From contig OZ250165.1 of NCBI GenBank assembly GCA_965238005.1, forward strand, positions 3,328,001 to 3,392,000: DNA of 64,000 nucleotides. The letters are read 5' to 3'. The notes below the pieces were generated by a model, which had not been told where the DNA came from, made no database searches, and saw only the letters and a program-made list of their open reading frames with translations. The position numbers and the translations under genes were made by a program. The stretch comes from Longimicrobiales bacterium (GTDB lineage Bacteria > Gemmatimonadota > Gemmatimonadetes > Longimicrobiales > Gaopeijiaceae). Of this stretch, positions 33,284 to 42,497 are shown in pieces (position 1 is the stretch's first letter; each line of letters begins with the position of its first letter).

Positions 33284-36200
33284 TCAAGGCACCACCGTCA
33301 CTTGGAACGTGGGCGCCGCCACAATCCCCGTCACCGACTGCGCCAGCGCCGCCGCCGGAATCGTCGCCGTGATGGTCTCCGCCGCCGCGATGTCGTACGT
33401 CGCCACCGCCGGCAACGTGATCGTCACCAGCGTGGCACTCGTCCGCACCACGTCCGTCACCGCCAGCGCCGGCTTCACCCGGGCGTTCCACCCGTTGGTC
33501 TCCCCCTGCGCCGACGTCAGCCCGTCGATGATCGCTTGCCGCTGCGGGTTGAACGCGGTGACCCACGTATCATCCGTCAACGTCAGAAGGATGGTCGACC
33601 CGCCCGCCTGGATGTCCGTCTCGTTGTCGTCCGTGACCGTCCCCGTCAACGCCGCGGTCCCCGCTGCCACCGTCACCTGGAACGTGGGCGCCACCACAAT
33701 CCCCGTCCCCGATTGCACCAGTGCCGCCGGAATCGTCGCCGTGATGGTCTCCGTCGCCGTGATGTCGTACGTCGCCACCGCCGGCAACGTGATCGTCACC
33801 AGCGTGGCACTGGTCCGCACCACGTCCTTCACCGCCAGCGCCGGCTTCACCCGGGCGTTCCACCCGTTGGTCTCCCCCTGCGCCGACGTCAGCCCGTCGA
33901 TGATCGCTTGCCGCTGCGCGTTGAACGCGGTGACCCACGTATCATCCGTCAACGTCAGAAGGATGGTCGATCCGCCCGCCTGGATGTCCGTCTCGCTGTC
34001 GTCCGTCACCGTCAACGCCGCGGTCCCCGCTGCCACCGTCACCTGGAACGTGGGCGCCGCCATAATCCCCGTCCCCGATTGCACCAGCGCCGCCGCCGGA
34101 ATCGTCGCCGTGATCGTCTCCGCCGCCGTGATGTCGTACGTCGCCACCGCCGGCAACGTGATCGTCACCAGCGTGGCACTGGTCCGCACCACGTCCGTCA
34201 CCGCCAGCGCCGGCTTCACCCGGGCGTTCCACCCGTTGGTCTCCCCCTGCGCCGACGTCAGCCCGTCGATGATCGCCTGCCGCTGCGGGTTGAACGCGGT
34301 GACCCACGTATCATCCGTCAACGTCAGAAGGATGGTCGACCCGCCCGCCCGGATGTCGGTCTCGCTGTCGTCCGTCACCGTCCCCGTCAACGCCACGGTC
34401 CCCGCTGCCACCGTCACCTGGAACGTGGGCGCCGCCATAATCCCCGTCCCCGATTGCACCAGCGCCGCCGCCGGAATCGTCGCCGTGATCGTCTCATTGG
34501 CCGTGATGTCGTACGTCGCCACCGCCGGCAACGTGATCGTCACCAGCGTGGCGCTGGTCCGCACCACGTCCGTCACCGCCAGCGACGGCTTCACCCGGGC
34601 GTTCCACTGGTTGGTCTCCCCCCGCGCCGACGTCAGCCCGTCGATGATCGCCTGCCGCTGCCCGTCGAATGTCGCCCCCCCCGCCACCCACGTGTCGTGA
34701 GTCAAGGTCAGCTCGATCGTCGACCCGCCCGCCTGGATGTCCGTCTCACTATCGTCAGTCACCGTCCCCGTCAACGCCGCGGTTCGCGCCCCCTCGGGCA
34801 AGGCGAAAATTGTGGCACTTCCTGAGTTGTTGCTCGGGTCGTCCACCTGGTGCTCCAACTGGGAGGCCGTGGCCGTGTTCGTGAGCGTCTCGCCGGCGAA
34901 GCCCTTGACCACCACGGCCGTTACCGTGAGGCGCGTCAGAGAGCCCGGCGCCAGACTCCGAATTGTCCACTCGCCGGAGTTCCGATCGAAGCCCGCGTCG
35001 GCCGAAACCAGCTGGAAACCATCGGGCAGGTGCTCGGTGACCACGATCTGGTCAGCCCGGTCGGGCCCAACGTTGAGGACGGAGATCGTGAACACGACCT
35101 CCTCCGACTCAATGGCCTCGGCCCGGTCGGCTTTCTTGGTCACGACGATGTCGGCAACCCGTCGGCCCACGTCCACGAAGGCGAAAGCCTCGTTGTTCTC
35201 GGGATCGTCACCCTGCTCGGTCAGCTGGGCAGCCGAAGCCACGTTCTCCAGCGTCTCACCTCCGGTCCCCTCACCCACGGTGGCGTCGATGCTTAGTGTA
35301 GCGGATTCCCCATTCGTGAGGGTTCCCAAGTCCCAGGCGCCAGTCGCCGCGGAATAGCTCCCGCGGGACGGCGTCACGGTCTCGAACAGCAAGCCGGCGG
35401 GCTGGCGGTCGGACACGGTGACGCCGGTCGCCGTCGCCGGGCCGTTATTGACCACCGTAACGGTGAAGGTCACCTGGTCCCCCTCCAGCGCCGTCGGTCT
35501 GTCCACTTCCTTGCTCACGGCGATGTCGGCCGTGGGGAGCGTTACCTCGAAGTCTTCACTGGCAGCGGGATTGAGACCCTGGGCGGTGGCCAAGAGGCGG
35601 TATAGTCCCCCTTCGGGAATCACCAGACCTTCGAAGGTGGCAAGCCCCTCCACGGCATCGACCGTCGTGGTTCCGCTTAGATCGGCGGTCTGCGGAGCGC
35701 CCACGACGCCCGGAGCGGCGGCGCCCACGACGCCCGGAGCGGCGGCGCCCACGACGCCCGGAGCGGCGGCGGCCACGACGCCCGGAGCGGCGGCGGCCAC
35801 GACGCCCGGAGCGGCGGCGGCCACGACGCCCGGAGCGGCGGCGGCCACGACGCCCGGAGCGGCGGCGGCCACGACGCCCGGAGCGGCGGCGGCCACGACG
35901 GCCGCGGTGTGATCCTGCAGTTCCACGGTTACCGGACCTCCGTAGCTCGCAACGCGGTCACGCCGGACGTCCACAACCTCCACACTAGGCGCGGGGTCCA
36001 GCGACTCGCCGGCCTCCATCGAGCCCGGCTGGCTGAAGAAGGCTAAACCTGTCGGTCGGGCCAGAACCACGACGTTGATGTGGTCTTGGTGACCTCCAGC
36101 GATCACGGTGACATCCGTCGTACCGGGCTGTAGCGCCTGGAGGAACCCGCCGTCGGTCACGGTGGCGATGGAGGGATCCGCGCTCTCCCACATCAAGGTC

Positions 36201-36754
36201 GGGGTGGCTGGCTGGTTCGTCTGGACACGGGCCTGGAGCTGTAGTCCGTCGCTTTCCGTCACGGGGTCGATAGCAACCCCGGTTACGGCCGTCACGAAGA
36301 GGTTGGCAGGGAGACCCGGGACCACCGTGACCTCCTGGACGGAGGTCGTCGAGACCGTGAGGGTGAAGTCCTGCGTGATCCCTGAAAACAAGGTCACCTC
36401 GAATCCGTTCTCGACGGCGATGAGCTCCGAGAGGATATACAGGAGACCGTCGACCATCTCGACCTCGCAGCTGATAACCCAGACGTCTAGGTTCGGATCT
36501 ACCTCCTCGACACACACCTGCACGATGGAATCGTCCGACAGCCGCTTGATCGTGATCCGGATCCGCGTGATGTCCTGAGTCTGATCAGCTGTCGTACCCT
36601 GGGGGAACACCGTATTCAGGGCCACGACCGCGCTTCCGGCAGGCGCCTGGCCTACGGGAGACGACCCGTCCGAGCAAGAGTAGACCAGGAAGAGAGAGAC
36701 GAGACCCCAAAGGGCCAGGAACCGTCGTTGTGTCATGGGGACCATTGTTGTCAA
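33284..36754 (-). CDS. Large surface lipoprotein: Ig-like domain, Ala/Val/Pro VNTR, two DUF11-like domains, four ~122-aa tandem repeats
   Basis: Lipobox LVYSC; WESADPSIATV (Big_2-like); ADIAVSKEVD...VTFTVTVVNNGP (DUF11-like) x2; C-terminal repeats. Confidence 0.8.
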   Translation of the reverse strand: MTTMVPMTQRRFLALWGLVSLFLVYSCSDGSSPVGQAPAGSAVVALNTVFPQGTTADQTQDITRIRITIKRLSDDSIVQVCVEEVDPNLDVWVISCEVEMVDGLLYILSELIAVENGFEVTLFSGITQDFTLTVSTTSVQEVTVVPGLPANLFVTAVTGVAIDPVTESDGLQLQARVQTNQPATPTLMWESADPSIATVTDGGFLQALQPGTTDVTVIAGGHQDHINVVVLARPTGLAFFSQPGSMEAGESLDPAPSVEVVDVRRDRVASYGGPVTVELQDHTAAVVAAAAPGVVAAAAPGVVAAAAPGVVAAAAPGVVAAAAPGVVAAAAPGVVGAAAPGVVGAAAPGVVGAPQTADLSGTTTVDAVEGLATFEGLVIPEGGLYRLLATAQGLNPAASEDFEVTLPTADIAVSKEVDRPTALEGDQVTFTVTVVNNGPATATGVTVSDRQPAGLLFETVTPSRGSYSAATGAWDLGTLTNGESATLSIDATVGEGTGGETLENVASAAQLTEQGDDPENNEAFAFVDVGRRVADIVVTKKADRAEAIESEEVVFTISVLNVGPDRADQIVVTEHLPDGFQLVSADAGFDRNSGEWTIRSLAPGSLTRLTVTAVVVKGFAGETLTNTATASQLEHQVDDPSNNSGSATIFALPEGARTAALTGTVTDDSETDIQAGGSTIELTLTHDTWVAGGATFDGQRQAIIDGLTSARGETNQWNARVKPSLAVTDVVRTSATLVTITLPAVATYDITANETITATIPAAALVQSGTGIMAAPTFQVTVAAGTVALTGTVTDDSETDIRAGGSTILLTLTDDTWVTAFNPQRQAIIDGLTSAQGETNGWNARVKPALAVTDVVRTSATLVTITLPAVATYDITAAETITATIPAAALVQSGTGIMAAPTFQVTVAAGTAALTVTDDSETDIQAGGSTILLTLTDDTWVTAFNAQRQAIIDGLTSAQGETNGWNARVKPALAVKDVVRTSATLVTITLPAVATYDITATETITATIPAALVQSGTGIVVAPTFQVTVAAGTAALTGTVTDDNETDIQAGGSTILLTLTDDTWVTAFNPQRQAIIDGLTSAQGETNGWNARVKPALAVTDVVRTSATLVTITLPAVATYDIAAAETITATIPAAALAQSVTGIVAAPTFQVTVVP
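33287..34780. repeat. Four near-identical ~370-bp tandem coding repeats
   Basis: Unit TAALTGTVTDDSETDIQAGGSTI.LTLT.DTWV...QRQAIIDGLTSA.GETN.WNARVKP...APTFQVTV repeated four times. Confidence 0.95.
35693..35899. repeat. 24-bp VNTR, 8 full units plus a partial
   Basis: Encodes (VVAAAAPG)x6 (VVGAAAPG)x2 VVGAP. Confidence 0.95.
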
Positions 36755-37337
36755 GAAAGCGGAGGCTCGCTTCCTCTACAGGTGTTTCCTTCAATCTGGC
36801 ATCCGGGCGGGTCAACCGGCAACAATCTTAGGGCGATCTGGCCGGTTGCGTTAAACATATGGCGCGAAGACCGGACCTCGATCACACCACAGTTAACAAG
36901 TCACTAAGTGGCTTATGGTAGGGATATGATGGGGATGATGCCGGGGTAGGACGGCTGCAGTTCTTGTCCCGCCCGGATATGGTGGACTGGTGGGGCAGTA
37001 GTAATATCCCGCCTACCGCACCGCCGATAAGAGTGACCGGTAGCGCGTGGCATTTCTCGCGCCCCTTTAGCCTCCTCCACACGTTCCGCTATGAGATTCG
37101 GCCTAGTACTCCAGAGGCGGAGATCCGTAGCATCATCGTGGGAACCTGCTAACACCGGAACCCCGCTCCTAGGTATCGGCCCTGACGTCTTAAGTCGGAT
37201 CCGGGGCCCTTAAGCATCGCCCCTGAGACCTTAGGTCGGGATTCGTCACCGTTGACGACATGACCTCCGGACCTGTCGTCCGAAGTCCCTGATCCCTGGT
37301 CCTCGGAACCCCCTCCGAGACCCTCCAATCTGGTCAT

Positions 37338-37375
37338 TTACAAGGCAGCTGCTCTGCCAATTGAGCTACGCCAGC
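37338..37375 (-). pseudogene. 5' half of tRNA-Thr(TGT) (att-like fragment)
   Basis: Identical to tRNA nt 1-38 through the anticodon loop, then diverges; TAGAAT -10 like box upstream at 37390-37395. Confidence 0.85.
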
Positions 37376-37421
37376 GAAAGCTGGATCTAATTCTACTCCG
37401 TCCGTCGGGAACCACAAAGGT

Positions 37422-38855
37422 TCATCGCACGATCTTCCAGCGCGTCCCGGCTGCCGAGTCCTCCAAGACGATTCTCTTCTCCGCCAGCTCGTCCCTGATG
37501 GCATCCGCGCGCTGGAAGTCCCGGCTCTCCCGGGCGGCCTTTCGCTCTTCGATGAGCGACTCGACCCAGGCCTCCACGTCCTCGTCCACGTGCCGCCCCT
37601 CCCGGGCCACGGCCAAGAGACCCAGGACCTGGTCCAGGGACGCCAGCGCCCGACGGGCCGCCGTGAGGTCCCCCTCCGAGATCCCGTCGGCGGCGTCCAA
37701 CTCGCTGTTGGTGCGGTTCACGAAGACGAATAAGGCCGCCAGAGCCTCGGCTGAGTTGAGGTCGTCGTCCATGGCTTCCCGGAAGGCGTCGACGGCCTCT
37801 TCCGCGATGCGGCCGGGAGCCCCGTCATCCGCCCCGCCGGACGCCTCCGTCTCGTTGAGGCGTGCCTCGAAGTCCAGGAGCCGCTGGATGGTGGCACCCG
37901 AGGCCTCCAAGCTGTCCCGAGTGAAGTTCAGCTCGCGTCTGTACTGGGCGCTCATGAGCTGGTGACGGATGGCCGCCGGCTCGATCCCGTCCTCGATGAG
38001 CTCGCGCATGGTGATGGTGTTGCCAAGGGACTTCGACATCTTCTCGCCCTCGACGATGAGGTGTTTGATGTGCACCCAATGGCGTGCGAAAGGCTTCCCC
38101 GTGACTCCTTCTGATTGGGCGATCTCGTTCTCGTGATGGGGAAACACCAGGTCTTCACCGCCCATGTGGATGTCCAGGGTCTCTCCCAGCTCGGCGATGC
38201 TCATGACCGAGCACTCCAGGTGCCATCCCGGACGTCCCCTTCCCCAGGGCGAGTCCCACGCGGCGCCTACCTCCTCATCTACGGGCTTGGCGGCCTTCCA
38301 GAGTGCGAAGTCCCTTGCGTCCTCCTTTTCGTAGTCGTCCTCGGCCACCCGGGCACCGGGCCGGGCAGCGTCCGGGTCCAGCCCCTTGAGGCGTCCGTAC
38401 GCGGGGAAAGAGCCGATGGCGAAGTAGACCGATCCGTCCTCCGCGCCGTACGCCAGCCCCTTCTGCTCCAGCTTCTCGACCCAGGCCACCATGTGCGGGA
38501 CATATTGGGTGGCCAGCGGGTAGCTTCGGGCAGGAAGGATGCCAAGGGTGCGCGCGTCGGCGAGAATCTGCTCGCTGAAGGGCGCGGTGTAGTCCGTGAT
38601 CTTCCTCCCCGCCTCAGCCGCCCGCTCGATGGTCCGGTCGTCCACGTCGGTGAGGTTCATGACGAAGTGGACATCGTACCCGGACCACGTCAGGTAGCGA
38701 TAGAGCAGGTCGTAGACCAGGAAGCTCCTGTAGTTGCCGATGTGGGCGTAGTCGTAGACCGTGGGCCCGCAGGCGTAGAGCCGCACATGCGGCGGATTCA
38801 AGGGCTCGAAGCTCTTCACCGTGCGGGTCAGCGTGTCGTAGAGTTTCAGGGCCAT
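37422..38855 (-). CDS. cysS: Cysteinyl-tRNA synthetase
   Basis: CGPTVYD.AHIGN, DFALWK, GRPGWHLECS, FPHHENE, KMSKS. Confidence 0.98.
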   Translation of the reverse strand: MALKLYDTLTRTVKSFEPLNPPHVRLYACGPTVYDYAHIGNYRSFLVYDLLYRYLTWSGYDVHFVMNLTDVDDRTIERAAEAGRKITDYTAPFSEQILADARTLGILPARSYPLATQYVPHMVAWVEKLEQKGLAYGAEDGSVYFAIGSFPAYGRLKGLDPDAARPGARVAEDDYEKEDARDFALWKAAKPVDEEVGAAWDSPWGRGRPGWHLECSVMSIAELGETLDIHMGGEDLVFPHHENEIAQSEGVTGKPFARHWVHIKHLIVEGEKMSKSLGNTITMRELIEDGIEPAAIRHQLMSAQYRRELNFTRDSLEASGATIQRLLDFEARLNETEASGGADDGAPGRIAEEAVDAFREAMDDDLNSAEALAALFVFVNRTNSELDAADGISEGDLTAARRALASLDQVLGLLAVAREGRHVDEDVEAWVESLIEERKAARESRDFQRADAIRDELAEKRIVLEDSAAGTRWKIVR

Positions 38856-38910
38856 GGGCCACCGTCGGTCAGGGTTGATGCCGGCTGTAGCGGCCGGTGA
38901 GAATAGGGTC

Positions 38911-39357
38911 TTACGACCGTGACAGGGGCAAGACGCGGAGCTCGGTCACCAGCCAATCGCCGTCTTCCGAGACGAAGGCGACGAAGACCGTCCTGGCGAG
39001 CACATCCGACGTACCCTGAATGCGAGACTCCCACCGGATCTCCGCGTATCCCTTGGGAGGGTCTCCCCCCACTTCTTCGACCCGGGTCACTCGGCTTGCG
39101 AAGCCTTCCCTGCTCCCGAGGTATTCCCGGAGAGAGGCTCCCGCATGGCGCGGATTGAGGGTGCCCACTTGCCGCGCCTCGAACTGTAGGCGCACGCCAC
39201 CCCGAGAGAAGCTCCCCTCGAGGCTCGAGACCTCGGCGGCCCCCCACCGTCTCGCGAATGTCGACGCGGCCTCTTCGAGGGATTGGCCGAGGCACGCGCT
39301 GGACGGGATCCCGAGAGCCACAAAGAATCCGACGAGCAACCGCCGCGAGGCCCTCAT
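38911..39357 (-). CDS. Hypothetical exported protein
   Basis: ATG overlaps the pyrF stop (ATGA); signal-peptide-like N-terminus MRASRRLLVGFFVALG; 148 aa. Confidence 0.6.
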   Translation of the reverse strand: MRASRRLLVGFFVALGIPSSACLGQSLEEAASTFARRWGAAEVSSLEGSFSRGGVRLQFEARQVGTLNPRHAGASLREYLGSREGFASRVTRVEEVGGDPPKGYAEIRWESRIQGTSDVLARTVFVAFVSEDGDWLVTELRVLPLSRS

Positions 39358-40121
39358 GCGCTGGTCACGTCCGTCGGGGTCTCCGCCGGTGCGCCGGGCT
39401 GCGCTCCGGCCTTCGACCCTGACGGCGACTCCGCCGGCGGCTCCGCCTGGCCGCGCACCAAGGCGAGAGCTTCCACCGGATCGGGGGCACGGGTGATCGA
39501 CCGGCCGACCACCAGATAGTCGGCACCGGCGTCGGCAGCCTCGATAGGCGTGGCAAACCGGGCCTGATCGTGGTGATCGTCGTCCCCGAGGCGGATGCCC
39601 GGGGTCACGACCAACAGGTCGGATCCCAAGAGCCGCTTGAGCGGGCGAGCCTCCATGGGTGACGCCACCACCCCACCCACACCCGCCTCCTTCGCCATCC
39701 CGGCGAGCCGTACGACCTCGTCCCGGAGGGAGCCCAGCTCCCGGCCCCACGCCGCCTCTACGTCAGGTACCGACATGGAGGTCAGGACCGTCACACCGAG
39801 CAGCGTGAGCGCTCCACCGGCAGCCTCGGCGGCAGCCGTCATCATGGGCACGCCACCCGTGGTGTGCACGGTGAGGAAGTCCACACCGAGCTCCCGTGCG
39901 GCGCTGACCGACCTCGCCACCGTGTTCGGAATGTCGTGCAACTTGAGATCGAGGAAGACTCTCTTGTCCCTCTGGGTCAGGGCCTCCACAACCTCCGGTC
40001 CCTCTCGGGAAAAGAGCTCGAGCCCCACCTTGTAGAAGTCACCGGCGCTGCCCAGGGCGTCCACCAGATCCAGCGCTTCCTTGCCGGTGGCGTAGTCGAG
40101 GGCCACGATGACTTCGGCCAT
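39354..40121 (-). CDS. pyrF: Orotidine-5'-phosphate decarboxylase
   Basis: IVALD, KVGLELF, FLDLKLHDIPNTV, VTPGIR, VVGRSIT. Confidence 0.97.
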   Translation of the reverse strand: MAEVIVALDYATGKEALDLVDALGSAGDFYKVGLELFSREGPEVVEALTQRDKRVFLDLKLHDIPNTVARSVSAARELGVDFLTVHTTGGVPMMTAAAEAAGGALTLLGVTVLTSMSVPDVEAAWGRELGSLRDEVVRLAGMAKEAGVGGVVASPMEARPLKRLLGSDLLVVTPGIRLGDDDHHDQARFATPIEAADAGADYLVVGRSITRAPDPVEALALVRGQAEPPAESPSGSKAGAQPGAPAETPTDVTSA

Positions 40122-40123
40122 GG

Positions 40124-41077
40124 TCAGTGCTCGCCTCCAGATGCTCCTACCGGGCTTTCCTTCCTCCCGAAGGCACCGACCAGGTACCGAATGTTGTCGA
40201 CGCCGGCGCCCTCACCGTAGTGGGCGAGACCCCTCACCACACGCTCGGCGGCCCGGGGGTCGGCAAAGGTGGCGGTTCCGATCTGCACCAGGGAAGCGCC
40301 GGCCAGGAGGTACTGGAGGGCGTCGTTCGCGTTGGTGATCCCACCCACACCCACGAGGGGGACCGACGTACGTTGCCGGGCACGGTACACCGCGTGGACC
40401 CCCACCGAGCGAAGGGCCGGGCCCGAGAGACCACCCGAACCCGCCCCGAGGGTGGCCCCACGCGTATCTACATCGATGATCAGACCGGGCATCGTGTTCA
40501 CCAGGGTGATCCCGTCCGCCCCGGCGGCCTCGGCCGCCTCCGCCACAGGGCCTATGTCCGGGACGTTGGGTGCGAGCTTGACGAGCATCGGGCGCTCCGT
40601 GAGCTCCCGCGCCCCCGTCACGACCTCGTGGAGCGCGTCGGGGTCCAGGGCGAACGGAAGTCCTCCCAGACGGGTGTCGTTTGGGCACGAGAGGTTGAGC
40701 TCGTAGCCGAGAAAGCCTCCGACCGCGTCGAGACCTTCCACGATGCGCCAATACTCGTCGGGAACATGCCCGGCCACACTCACGAAAACCTGGACACCGG
40801 TGAGATGCTCCTTTATCCAGGGCAGCTTCTCCTCGCACACCGTCTCCAGCCCCGGGTTGGCCAGGCCGATGGAGTTCAACATGGCGTTGCCGGCCTCGAC
40901 CACCCTGGGCGGCGGGTTCCCCGACCGAGGCTCCAGGGTAACCGACTTGGTTACGATTCCCCCGAGTGCGTTCAGATCGAGGACGTCCCGGAGCTCTTGG
41001 CCGAAACCGCAGGTGCCCGCCGCCAGGAGAACCGGGTTCTGGAAGCTCGCTCCGAAGAGTGTCTGGCCTAGTCGCAT
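40124..41077 (-). CDS. pyrD: Dihydroorotate dehydrogenase (class 1)
   Basis: Start ATG 41077; NPVLLAAGT, MLNSIGLANPG, ELNLSCPN, VKLAPN, GGLSG. Confidence 0.95.
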   Translation of the reverse strand: MRLGQTLFGASFQNPVLLAAGTCGFGQELRDVLDLNALGGIVTKSVTLEPRSGNPPPRVVEAGNAMLNSIGLANPGLETVCEEKLPWIKEHLTGVQVFVSVAGHVPDEYWRIVEGLDAVGGFLGYELNLSCPNDTRLGGLPFALDPDALHEVVTGARELTERPMLVKLAPNVPDIGPVAEAAEAAGADGITLVNTMPGLIIDVDTRGATLGAGSGGLSGPALRSVGVHAVYRARQRTSVPLVGVGGITNANDALQYLLAGASLVQIGTATFADPRAAERVVRGLAHYGEGAGVDNIRYLVGAFGRKESPVGASGGEH

Positions 41078-41093
41078 GTGCCCATCGATGGAA

Positions 41094-42497
41094 TCATCCG
41101 CCCGATCCACCCACCAGGAGTCGCCGCGCCTCCAGCTCCTCGTCGGCCCGTGCCAGGAGCTGGTCCAGGGAAGCCTGCAAACGGGCCTCCAAGTCGGCGA
41201 GGTCCGGTCCGGCATCGCCCTGACGAGCATAGCGCACGTAGGCGTTTCCCGGGAGTGCGCCCAGGCGGTCGTCGAGCCGCTCCCTCTCGGCGGGATGCGC
41301 CACCAGGGCCCTCGCCGCCAGGAGTGCCTTGCCGGACCACGGGGAGTCCGATTGGCCGTCGGCGTAGGCCTGGAAGAGGGCGGCGGCGATGCGAGGGGCG
41401 CCCAGGACGTCCCTGGAGATCTCCGCCGCAGCGAAGAACGCGATCCGGTCTCCGTCCAGTCCATAGTCCACGAGGAGCTCCACTCGGCGTATCCCATTAA
41501 GCAAGCCCTGAGCCTCGACGGCGGCGACGGCGGGAAGGAGAACGGATCGGACGTCGGCGAACAGCCCCACCTGACCTACATCCGCGAGCCGCCATCTCGC
41601 CAGGGTGACACGGGCGTTGAAGGCCTGCTCACCCACGCCCCCTCCCACGCGCCGGACATCAGCCAGTGCCCGTAACGTGTCACCGGCCTCGAACGCGAAC
41701 CCGGCCCTGGTCATCAGCAGGCGATCCCGCTCCGTGCGGGACCATCGGGCGCGCTCGGCATTCACCAAGACGCCGGCGGCCACTGCCGGACTCCAAACGT
41801 CGGCCACCCGGTGAAGAAGCCGGCGGATGGAGTCGCCATACGCCCGAGCACTGCTCGTGAAGAGTAGGGTCTGGACACCGCTAAGGGTTCTCGCGGAGTC
41901 GCCGAGCGCGATTCCCCAGATCAGGCGCTCCAAGCCGGCGGGAGCCACGTGAGTGCCATGCGCCTCCGCCGCCCGGTCGAGGTCCCACCAGCCCTGATCC
42001 ACGTACCCCTGCTGAAGCAAAGCCCGAGCTCGCCAGAGATGGCCCTCCGCCTTGATCAACGGGTCTCGCACGTCCACGAGGGCCTCATCCAGGAGTGGCG
42101 CACCCAGAGCCGGTCGGTCGGACGCCACATCCACGGCCCCCAGGTACAGAATTGCCTGCCGCCGCACCACCGGATCCTCGCTCACCGCCAACACACGTTC
42201 GAGGGCCTCTAGCGCGTCGCGGAGGTCTCCCCGTCGGAGGTGGGCTTGACCCATGAGGAGGAGTGCGTCGTCGGACCACCTGCCCCGCTCATCTGCGCGG
42301 TAAGCTCTCGTGGCCTTGTCGATGACCTCGCTGTAGCGCTCGGCCAGCGCCGAGTCCTGACCGGCCAAACGTGCCAGCTCGGTCTCACGATAGAGCTCCC
42401 TGGCGTTGTAGAGGGTGTTGAAGTACACGCACCCCGCCAGAAGTCCCGATCCGCACGAGGACAAAAGGAAGGCCCGAAAGGTAGGTGCCGGGCTCAC
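41094..42497 (-). CDS. TPR-repeat lipoprotein
   Basis: LLAGC lipobox then VYFNTLYNA; helical repeats (WSDDALLLMGQAH). Confidence 0.7.
   Translation of the reverse strand: MSPAPTFRAFLLSSCGSGLLAGCVYFNTLYNARELYRETELARLAGQDSALAERYSEVIDKATRAYRADERGRWSDDALLLMGQAHLRRGDLRDALEALERVLAVSEDPVVRRQAILYLGAVDVASDRPALGAPLLDEALVDVRDPLIKAEGHLWRARALLQQGYVDQGWWDLDRAAEAHGTHVAPAGLERLIWGIALGDSARTLSGVQTLLFTSSARAYGDSIRRLLHRVADVWSPAVAAGVLVNAERARWSRTERDRLLMTRAGFAFEAGDTLRALADVRRVGGGVGEQAFNARVTLARWRLADVGQVGLFADVRSVLLPAVAAVEAQGLLNGIRRVELLVDYGLDGDRIAFFAAAEISRDVLGAPRIAAALFQAYADGQSDSPWSGKALLAARALVAHPAERERLDDRLGALPGNAYVRYARQGDAGPDLADLEARLQASLDQLLARADEELEARRLLVGGSGG

Larger units (their letters stand above)
32976..37375. mobile_element. 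~4.4 kb genomic islet bounded by a 38-bp direct repeat of the tRNA-Thr(TGT) 5' half
   Basis: ttacaaggcagctgctctgccaattgagctacgccagc occurs at 32976-33013 and 37338-37375; no integrase recognised inside. Confidence 0.7.

Noticed and set aside
35693..35899. CRISPR array
   Set aside because: Units are contiguous without spacers and in frame within a CDS; no cas genes
36760..37337. Integrase remnant in the tRNA-Thr islet
   Set aside because: Only short ORFs, with no R-H-R-Y tyrosine recombinase or serine recombinase motifs recognisable
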